Shown piece after piece: positions 51,940-64,000 of a DNA stretch of 64,000 nt. The notes beneath the pieces were generated by a model. It was not told where the DNA came from, ran no database searches, and saw only the letters and a list, made by a program, of their open reading frames with translations. Positions within the stretch are counted from its first letter, which is position 1. Each line of letters starts with the position of its first letter. The stretch comes from Nymphaea colorata (lineage: Eukaryota). A program made the translations under genes and the position numbers. The stretch lies in the NCBI RefSeq assembly GCF_008831285.2, contig NC_045138.2:22940001-23004000 (forward strand), written 5' to 3'.

Positions 51940-54345
51940 TGTGGATCTTGCTGACCCGATTCAGCTCTGAAAACAAAACACACCAGTAGTATCCTGATTG
52001 TGTCCTTCTCAAGTATCTTCCATATCACCGCGTGTCCCGCATCACCTACTCCTGTGTCCCGCTCTAGAACACCTTGGACACGTCCCGGCCTCGTCCTTCT
52101 AGTCATGTCCAGACTGGCTGTCCCACATGTCCCAGTCTGAACCCAGCTGTACCTGGTTAGACCTGATGGAGTTCCACCTTGGGCTGAGTCCCTCCTCGTC
52201 CGAGGATGAACTAGCTGCGTGCTAAGGTTGGACGGCCTCAGCCACGACCTGCCATCTGTGGTAGAGGATACGGCCCGCTTGGCCGAGGGGCTGGGATTAA
52301 CCTCCCTTGGTAACACGCCATCCTCTATACAATCGCCTCGGTATGGCTTGACCCTATGACGCTTATACGTCTCCCGAATAACCTCCCTTCGTCGCGGAAA
52401 AGCTTCAGGTGGCTCTCGTCTGCATATAACCGGCACTGTGGTGCGCCCACAAAAGGTCCATCGTGCTAACCTCACTGGCTTGTCACACCTAACCGTCGCC
52501 CGCACTAATAGCCTCACTTGATTTATGCCCGGGGTCATCGTATTGGCTGCTAACCTCACATGATTGTCGCACTTGCAGTATGTGTATGGGGCCTGCGTGG
52601 ACAGCCTCACATGCGTCTGGAGAGGTCGTAGAGAGTGGCCATGCGGTGTTTTAGCCTCCCTAGCGCACAGAAGGTCTTGATGAATGATGAGAAGAGGCCA
52701 ACAACGTAGCTCCTTGCGGCATGGATAAGAGCTGCCCTCGGCCACTATGGTCGGGCGGGGGTATGCCCATATCAGACCCTCCCCCTTAAAATGGAGCCTG
52801 CCCTCAGACTCCTCGAGGGTCCTCTCGTAATGCCCTCATCCTCCGGGATCCCAAAGAAAAGAAAGTGAACACACTTACCATGTTTGGTCAAGGTGGTCTC
52901 ACCTAACACGGTCTCAAACCAGTTGCCCACTTGTTGGGTGGTCTCGTCGGGCCTAAGAAATGGTGGCTTCCTTGGCTGCGGCGTAAGTGGCTAAGTCTGC
53001 CATATAACATACTGATTCGCCAGAATTGCAACAACCCCACTTGCTGCATTCTTTTAAGAAGATGTTGAGGATCGGCTTGGACAGCAAGGTCACCTTGCAA
53101 GGGAACCCTAAAAACCTTCGGGTCTGCTACTTCAGAATCTGTCCACGGCAAATCTACTGCCGAAGACTAACTCTTACCCCAAGAATCAATTAGAGGGGAC
53201 TAAATGAAGTCTGAAAAATCGACGCTTAGATGAACACGCCAGGACAAGTTTTGATTAAATGAAACAATGAGTTTCTTCTCCTGAGAGGAGCTTGGTTACA
53301 CTTGGCGGCAGCCATTGTCATCTCTTCCAAGCTTGCCGGATTCATCTTCTATATGATCCGTTGGCCGGAGTTGCTGATTTTGTGAGTCCTACAGACGAAC
53401 GACCAAAGGAGGCGATGATCGGTGACTGCATTTGCTGAAAACCGAGAGGCGTGCGAGTCTTCCAACCATGGGAGGGATGAGAGGTGATGTTCGGTGACTG
53501 GAGGGCAGCAGACGTGCCGAGGCTGATCACGGTGTCGTCTTCCCTGCTGCAACATTCGACAGCCGTGGTGCTTCAAGAGGTAAGTCACTCTTTTCCAACG
53601 GACTGCCATTGGAGATTCCATTCATTTCCAGCAGAAATCCTGACATTGACGCCAAAGACGCTTCCACTCAGTGTGGGATTCGTCTAAGGTAGATCGAGTG
53701 ATTATTTCTGGAATGAATGATCAATCGACCGAGTGAGGCTGACGGTTCTTGGCGCATTCACCCGACTCTTCATCAGATGCCTAACACCAAGGTTAGATCG
53801 CTCTATCGATCATGAGATCGCTAGATTCCTGTTGCAACGAGTTGATTCCTACACTATTGTGTGTCTGTAATGAGGAATCGATGAGAAATCAAAAGGGAAT
53901 CAAACGATTTCTCTCGAAGAACAACCTACTGTTCGGTTCCCTGTTCTATCACCAACCAATCCATGATCAGTTGTAAATCTGAAGCAATCGGGAATTTCTT
54001 TTGGCAAACGGATGCTGGGATCATCTTTCCAACATCCTAACGGTCAATCTAAACTTTACTTGAGCTAAATCCGTGCCCAAACGAGAGAGAAATCGACCGA
54101 AGCATGTCGTTCGGACGTCTGTTCTGCCGCCTACCTTTGTCTAATCAGATGCAAATCTGAAGAAATCTAGAACTTTTTTCGACAATCTGACACTTGGGTC
54201 ACCTTCCCAACATTCTTACGGAGCTTCTGAACTTAATTTGAACGAAATCCGATCAGTATCGAGGGAGATATCTTCATTAGATGGATTCAGGTAGAAATCG
54301 GCGGTGATTTCTTGTATTCTCCGCCAAAATGGTGGCAGCGACCCC
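51940..54345 (-). mobile_element. Truncated LTR retrotransposon 3' end (gypsy/Tat-like): LTR about 51940-52774 plus non-coding 3' internal region
   Basis: On the minus strand a purine tract AAGGGGGAGGG precedes TGATATGGGC (52774); the LTR ends ...GATCCACA (51940); no pol domains seen. Confidence 0.55.
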
Positions 54346-54356
54346 AAGTTTATCAG

Positions 54357-56153
<1,797 letters not shown>

Positions 56154-56469
56154 ATCTAAGTCACCAGACTCTTTTATTTTACTGCCGCACTCAAGACGCA
56201 TCGAGTAGGGTATACACCAGACATGGGTGCGGCTCCGACTCACACTCGAGCTCAGTTAGAATGTCATATTACTAAATTACTTATACAATATTGTTGTTTT
56301 GATATTTTCTTATGCAATACAATTATTCAAGTATGTTATATACATTAATAACTAAATTGTAATAATAATATATACATGCTTATTCTGTTATATATATAAT
56401 ATATTAAAAATAATAATAATAAAATACCCTCGCCCCACCGCCGCACCTAAATTTTTTGGGTTGTGCCGC

Positions 56470-59400
56470 TCCGGGTTATAAACTAAGGCCCGTTGGGACC
56501 CGTTAGGACCTATTAGGTCGAATTCATTTTTCCCTTTTCATTTGAAAGGGAAAGAGAGCTGCAATGCGCGGCTGTGCCTGTGCCATTCACCGACTACCGC
56601 CGCCGCACCGTCACCACCATCGTCGCGAGGGTAACTGGAGGATTTCATTGGAGGGACACCGGTTCCACGATCTCTACCACGCTGGCGGAAGACAGAAGAC
56701 TATTGATCCTTCGATCAGAAGAGGAAGTCAAACACTGTGGGTGGACGACTCTGCGTCAGGCGGAATCCGGCGATTGAATGTTCAGAAGACATTGTCTGCT
56801 TTCCACGATCCTCCAGGAGCAATCCCAAGTATCACGAATCGACCCTGAACTCAATGATTGGGCTGGGCCTCCGATGTGGTTTACTAGGCCCGGTACCCGG
56901 CCGGGTCCGGCCCGTAAATACTCGGGCCGGGTAGCGGGTGGCCCGATCCAAATCCGTGTCGTTTATGGTTTTCACTAAATGGACTGGGCCAGGCCGGGCT
57001 AGCCCGATGCCCAGAGAGTCCGAACTTGTACATATAAACAGCCAGCAGGGATTGAACCCTAGTAGAAGGAAATTGCCTTGTTTTTCATGGAAGCTGGCCT
57101 TCTACTGAGTTAAGTGTGTGAGAAAGCCTCTAGTAGCCGTAAGGCTACACTAGCGAAAGGTTAAACTTGTCTGTTACGCACTGCAAACACAAAGGAAAAC
57201 CACATGCAAAGAAAGGAGAAGGATTCTCATGCACATAAACAACTACAAATGCCATACACAATGCATTGGTGTAGCATTGTGCAAAGTAAGAAGAGTAGGA
57301 AGATACCATGATCCAACGTTCCAACTAGCCATCTATCAGGCAATGACTAATTGGTACCACTTATTTCAATATCATGTTAACAAACGAACTACATATCTTA
57401 CGAGGTTCCGTAGCTGATGGAGAATTGTTGTTTAGAGACAAATCTGCCAGCGTTTGAAGGCACCAAGAGCAGAATTTTCACCTGTAAATTGTTAAAATAG
57501 AAGATAAATGCCAACTTCTTTATTCTGCAACTCTATATGAGAAGGAACCATGCCAACATGGCCAACTTAAAAACCACAAACTGACGCAGGCCATATTGCC
57601 AACTTTCATTTTCATTTTTAACATTTGTTCAATCAATGTACTGGTTTTTTCAGCTAGGCTAGTCATGGATGCTGCCAGTTGAATTTAAGAAGACCAACTC
57701 ATGACCTTCATCTCTGGCGTTAGTAGCTTGGAAGGAATAGAAAGATGATGGTTATTTTTTCTTGATGACCTTCCTAACTGGTCAGGTAGTTGACGTAACA
57801 TTGTCAGCCTTGAAGTCCTACTTGCATCAATTTCACCATGAGAAAACCCAAGTTGAAGGAAGCTCATATGACTACTAACTGGAGATCCAAAGAAAAAAGG
57901 AACGCTTAGAGTCCATTTGCAGGTGTGCTGCGACTCTTTGCCTGTCTGAATTCAAACCTCCCATCTATCATTGAAGGGAAAGTGAATCATGTGAGTATGC
58001 ATGAAGAACTTTCTAAACAATAGTTCAATAACTTCGCTACAGTAATGATAAAAAAAATTCACCAAATCAAGCTTGTGTCAATTTTTTATCCATTAACTAC
58101 CAACTAGTTATAACTGGCATCAATATCCCTTGCAAAAGTAGAAATTTTTGTGCGATTGTTGATTTCAAGTTCTGAATTGGAGATCAACAATCACAAACTG
58201 GCTAGTAGTGGCTGTGATTCATGAGCCACTGGTTTCTCAATGTATGGCTACATCAAAAGTACATTATTTAAAGTTCTGAGAAAAAAAATGCCAGAAGGCA
58301 ATTTTTTTAGATCTGATACCCAATAACAATTAAACTCTTAACCAAAGAATAATACATAAATAATTAGGTTATCTATGTAGACGAATTAAAGTTGTCTTTT
58401 CTTCAAAATTACATTTTTGCCTTTGCCAAGAGCACATAGTTTATTTTATGTCAATTTTAATTTTGTCCTTTATCATTTTTAAATAATACTTTCTTGATTC
58501 ATAGTTTTATTATTAATATCAAATTTGTTGGATGATCACTTTTTCGAAGAAGAAAGTAAATGAACGTTAGCAATTTCAGTATAGCTTGACAAGGCTATAT
58601 TAAATGATTAACCTTTTAATTTTGATAAATTGGGAAAGCAATATTCATAACTATAAATTTAGAATACACAAGGAAAAAAAACATAGTTATATGTCCATAA
58701 AACTGATTTATCAGACTGTATTAAATGCATCTATTTACATGTATTCAATCAGGAATCTAATCTGAAGTTCTTTACCAGACTGTATTAAATGGATTTGATA
58801 TTAGTTCCGCAATTGGGTATGCACGATCTATTTACTTCCCTATTCTTTATTCCACTTTTCTTTGCTCTAACTTTTTTAGATCTTGTTGGCAAGACTTGAA
58901 TAGAACCTAGACAACATCTTCATCAAATTTGTTGATCCGGACCCATGATGTTAAACAAGTGGCCGCATCCAGAGGCATTTAGCTAAAGCTTGACAGAGAA
59001 AATTAATTTGGCACAAAAAGTGATTCATCAGACCAAACCAACATTGAGATTGGAAGAAGACGAGGAAAACGGCCACCATCTTAACCCTTTTTTTTCAACT
59101 AAAAATGGGTTTTTTATTTCTGACATTAAGAATTTAGTTCGGATAAAGTTTCCTCCTACTGAAGGCAACATAACAAGCAAACAACATGCATGAAGTGGAC
59201 GGGACTGTCGCAGATTCAAATAATAAAAAGACACATAAAAGTAAAACTCTTTACAAAATTTATTTCTTCTATGACAATGAATGGGCTGCCAAGCATGGAG
59301 AGAAATTTCCCTCAATAACACAAAATCACATACCCAATCCCCAGGATAAAATAAAGAATGTAACCAAACATATTACGTGACAAAATTAATGAAGTCAGTC

Positions 59401-62084
59401 GTGTTATAAAAACGAATCGCGATCAAAGAAATCAAGCCACCAAAGCGGTTCCATGATATCGTATATCCCTAGTCTTCAAACCCCTGGATCGGGTCCGAGT
59501 TGCTTAGTGGGCACGTTAGGGGATCCAGGTCTTCCATCGCAGAAAAAGAAACGGGCATGCCGTCGTATGTCCCGGGTAAAAATCCAGATATCGGGTCCAA
59601 ATAGCTGCAGTAATCGGGCTCATGACCGAACAGAATTGGATCCACTATACTCTTGCAGTAATCCGGTGCAGGGCCGAAAAGAAACGGATCCACCAGACTC
59701 ATGCCTTGACCGCTGGATGCAACAGGATGGTGACAAGCGTTTGCTCCTTGTGGCAGGGGTTGAGCTTGCAGAGGAGGAACAATGAAGGAAGGAGGGATGC
59801 CGTAGTGTAATGGGGGCACGTACTCTAACCGATGATGATGATGATGATGTTGAGAAAACTCGCCCTTGATAGGCATTTCCAATCGGCTGCATTCATCTTC
59901 CCGCTTCAGATCATTTCTCCTCAGGCTTTCGATCCTCTCATGCACTACCTTGATCTTTGCGTGCAAGCTCCGTTCTAACCCTAGAACGGTGTCGAGGTCC
60001 ATGGCGTCCAAGCTCGTGCGGTTCCACAGCAGCAGCGACGCAAGCTCCGCGTTCTCCTCCCTCTTCCTCTCCAGCTCCGCCTGCAGCTTCTTGTTCTTCG
60101 TGGTGAGGAAAGCCGAGACGTCCACCCGCCGCTTGTCGCGCTCCTCCGCCGGCGCCTTCCCGAACCGCTCGATGATCCGTCGCACCTCCGTCGGATCCTC
60201 CGGCCACGTCTCGGGGGCGGACCCGGCGGCCGAGCCGTAGATGATCATGCACGCATCGACGTCGCAGAGGGTGGCAAACTCGAATATCTTCTTCTTGAGG
60301 CCCCTTTTCCGCTTGGTGAAGGTGGCGTGGCGCGATCGCTCGGGGTTGATGAGTCGTATGGGCAGCTTCGCTCGACCCATGCCTTCGCTGGGTTTCAATT
60401 TGGAGGCGTCCCACCTGAGTAAGGCATGGTTACCTTCATATACTGTTGTAAAGAAAGAGCAGTGCAAGAGATTTAAGGAAGGAAATGTAAGAAGGACGAT
60501 GATGCCAACTTGCGGTTTCAAAATTCTCTCACGCGGAGTTGATTTATGGAAGGACGAGAGACCTGCCACTCCGGGTTTTGAGATTGATTGCCCTAACTTC
60601 CTACTTTTTAAAATTGATTGCCCATTATTCATGTTATGTATGCATGGAGACATGCACCAATCAGGTGTAAAATAAACAAATTAAGAAATGCACGTTAATT
60701 GACAATTTTTCTTTTTTTTTAATTCATTGTGTTTATGAACCTGACTTTTATAACGTGTTTGGCGTAAAAATATAACATGTCAAATTTAAACCTGTCTTTT
60801 ATATCTATTAAAAAGGTAAGCGAGTTTTTCTAATTCTTTTATGATTCAGTGCACTTTTTTTTTAAATAAGAGAGAGGGAACTACAACCATTATAATGGAA
60901 GGGCGTTAAAGATATTTTTATCAATTAAGTTAAATTATTTCTTTTCGTTTCCTTTTTAGAACTAAATGAACATAATTTTTTATATTTCTTTTTTTCCCTA
61001 TCCAAACAGACCTTTTTAGTAGTTTCTTTCATTTCCGTTTCTTTATATCTATTAAAATCCATACATCCAAACATACCCTTACTGTATATGGAAGACTAAA
61101 ACTAAAATTTCACGTCTGCATATTCATATGCATTTATATTATTTTCTTCAAAGTTTGTAAAAATCTGCAAATCAGTAATTCTATACAAGGTTGCAAGAAA
61201 AGGTAGGATGCAAAATCAAGAAACATCACACAACGGACGGTGAGAAAGGAATGAAGTAAGTTAGAACTCCACAACATCTTCAATACTATATATAATGTAG
61301 CATCATTTATTTACAAATGAAATGTATTGTATAAAGCACGCAACCTTTTTAAGGTTTGCTATTTCATGTAATATACCAAGTGTGAACTGTTTGATGAAAA
61401 CTTACCAAACATCTAATTTCTAACAGCAACAAAAAGTCTAGATAGGATGTTCCTCTAAAACAGATATCAAATTTCTGTCAAATAACAAATGTCTGTCAAC
61501 AAGCTTGTATTCTCAAGCTATAGCTTGAAAGCATATCTTTCAAACTTTTCTGGAAAATTAAAGCAGGAGCTTCCATCTCTGCCTCAATCCTGACTACCAA
61601 AAATGTCTGAGTCGTAACAGGCACCAGAAACAAACACCCTGCTCCCAAAGGTTCGAGGGAATTCAAGGGGCCTTTCACAGTTAAAGCCAAAATAAACATC
61701 GAGTTTCCATGCCGTAGTTCGTCACTTCTTTCACAGAAAAACGCAAAACTCAGCATACAAATATGCAAAAACAACGAACAATCGCAATTCGCACATCAAA
61801 TGGAAAATAAGAAACTGTTTTGGAAACCAAAAATTATATGCAGCAAACACAAATGGCATAACAAGGAGGTAAGAAATTCTTGATGCTAATAAACAAACAG
61901 TAAAGAGGAGGGATGATACACAAAGATCTAAACCGGTGCGTTGTTTCGCCCCTAATGCTCGCATATAGCGGTAGACTTATAACGGTGCAGCTCATCACCG
62001 GTAGATTAAGCACTTTAACTAAATATCACCGGCATAGAGGCAGGTATGCATGCGCATCGAAGGCCCTCTCCCTCCGGCAAACCC

Positions 62085-62119
<35 letters not shown>

Positions 62120-64000
62120 ATTCCCTTGTATATTTTTCTATTTTTTATCACATATCTTTTTTGTTTCTATTTTTTCACATGGTTATACATATTTGTTTCC
62201 TCAATTGACACCGATAACAGCAATTGCTGCATCTTTGACCGAAATCAATGCCACACACACGCACACAGAGAGAGAGAGAGAATGTTAGGCAACCGACACC
62301 TGTCCTGGGTTATCAAGGGCACTGCTGTCGAGCAGTCGACGGTCGGCAATCGACAGAAACTCGGAGGGGAGATGAAGAGAGAGAGAGAGAGAGAGAGAGC
62401 TATGAGCGGGAGAATTCGAGCTCCGTGCGCATTTTATTGTTTGTTCTTATTGGGCCCCCACCGACCCACCGGATCATATTTGTGATCATATGAATTTGCT
62501 CCTCTTAATCATCGGTCAGGTCCAAACGTGGTTCCATCCTTGTCCGGTCACTAGCACTTACAAAGGACTAAAGATTTGAACTGAATGAATAAAAGGCAAC
62601 AAGACACATTAAAAAAAAAAAACGCCAGAATATGTGTATTATATGTATTTTGTATTTTTAATTAATTTCTCATTTATTTTATTTGTATATAATTTTCAGG
62701 ATTTTTTTTAAATTTTTTTAAAATTTACCAAGTTTTTCCCAAAACTTTTCTAAGACGTAAAACTTTTTCACATTAAACACCAAAAATTCCAACGATATAT
62801 GCAACAATGGTAGACATGCATGAATACTGCATCCATGGCCTTCATCAACACAAGATACCACAAGCCTACAACTTCAGAATTTAGATCCATCTATGCCAAT
62901 AATTGAAGCATGGCCATTCCTTGCCATTTTGATTTAGTTAATTAATTATGCTACTTTTTGTCGCACAATGAATTACCAATGTCTGTTTTCATCAAATTTT
63001 GAAGGAAAAAAAATGGAAGTGGGGGATCACCTCCTAAAAAAAGACTGTGTGGGATTCTTGAAGAGAGAAGAAGATGGCATGCAGAATTGTTTCATTCAGC
63101 AGATAGCAATAACAGAACATAATATTAAGGCCATGACTTGAGAGCAGAGATAGAAAGAATAAACTTGGATTTGGAGAGGCAACACGGTCTATCTCATTAC
63201 TAAGAACGACTAGAACCACAAGTCTAAAAAATGAAAACTCACTTATGAAGAAAACCTTTTCCGCAAAACTAGGTAACGTCCAAACGTGTGGGCGTTCTTG
63301 AAGATTATTTTTTAAATATAAAAATGAGATGGCAAAAAAGCGATTAAAAAAATAATACTTAAAATTTGAATTTGATTATTTACTCTTTCGGATTGCCCGT
63401 TCAGTCACTTTAGTGAGTTCAACTATTCATGTAAAATGCAATATGCTAAGATTTTATGAACCTAAGTCCTTCTATTAATCAATAAATAATTAATTACGTA
63501 TGACCTTTGTTATTAAGAAGGTAGCTCTGGTTCTTGGAGCGGGAAAGGAATGAGGCTTTTGTTGTTATTTTGAGTGGTAGGATGAAATACGTTTCCTATT
63601 TATGATAGTAAATGAAGTAAACCCCAACACGGACTCACATACATATACACAGTTCTCATTAATAAATTAGGACGGCAAAATTAGAAAACCACTTTGATTT
63701 TATGTGTGGTTTTCTTGATTGAATAAAGATTGAAGTTTCGCAATTTGTGGGGACAAAAAAAATTCACTTCTTTTTTAGATCTCCATACATGCATTGTGCC
63801 TCTCACAAGCCACAAACGAAATGTCGTATTTTCATTTTTCTTATTTTTTGATGCTTTTCTTTGAGATGAAAATAAAACGAAGAATCAATTAACAAAAGGA
63901 AGCCTCTTGAAACTGCACTGTTAATTTGATTAGCTGGCAGCAGCTTCTCGTTCTCACCAAGGATGTTAGCATATCTAATTTAGATCCGATATCCAACCAG
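56470..64000 (-). repeat. Right arm of large inverted duplication (probably continues beyond the window)
   Basis: Colinear reverse complement of 43782-51748 with several indels. Confidence 0.95.
59469..60380 (-). CDS. Type I MADS-box transcription factor (Mbeta-like), copy 2, 303 aa
   Basis: Paralog of 47338-48261; first 134 aa identical; two 6-nt indels in the Q/P-rich tail. The ORF track extends to an upstream in-frame ATG at 60653, but the homologous start is 60380. Confidence 0.93.
   Translation of the reverse strand: MGRAKLPIRLINPERSRHATFTKRKRGLKKKIFEFATLCDVDACMIIYGSAAGSAPETWPEDPTEVRRIIERFGKAPAEERDKRRVDVSAFLTTKNKKLQAELERKREENAELASLLLWNRTSLDAMDLDTVLGLERSLHAKIKVVHERIESLRRNDLKREDECSRLEMPIKGEFSQHHHHHHRLEYVPPLHYGIPPSFIVPPLQAQPLPQGANACHHPVASSGQGMSLVDPFLFGPAPDYCKSIVDPILFGHEPDYCSYLDPISGFLPGTYDGMPVSFSAMEDLDPLTCPLSNSDPIQGFED

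Noticed and set aside
51936..52745. 269-aa minus-strand ORF
   Set aside because: No recognisable domain, non-ATG start, and it lies within a GC-rich putative LTR; likely a chance ORF (BLASTP would settle it).

Overview
Flowering-plant nuclear DNA; the species cannot be determined from sequence alone. Left half: the 5' six exons of a zeta-carotene desaturase gene (ZDS, minus strand, runs off the window) lie head-to-head with a complete 8-exon DUF2358/NTF2-like gene (plus strand, 13202-32274). The 10.5 kb fourth intron of that gene holds a Ty1/copia element nested in a non-autonomous hAT element, two further hAT-type MITEs and a plastid psaA fragment. The copia has intact LTRs and TSD but an integrase-core deletion. 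Middle: decayed copia and LINE remnants and a 2.1 kb hAT element with a perfect 8-bp TSD. Right third: a large imperfect inverted duplication (about 43.8-51.7 kb versus 56.5-64.0 kb, probably continuing past the window). It carries two convergent type I MADS-box paralogs (Mbeta, AGL82/AGL103-like) with intron-free CDSs. The 4.7 kb spacer holds a gypsy-like LTR fragment and a third, CDS-less copy of the MADS upstream region. The paralogs are almost identical over the first 402 coding nt but about 6% divergent after that, and their upstream regions are heavily rearranged. This suggests arm-to-arm gene conversion of the MADS-domain half alongside regulatory divergence. No CRISPR, rRNA or tRNA genes were seen. 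All alignments and counts were done by eye.
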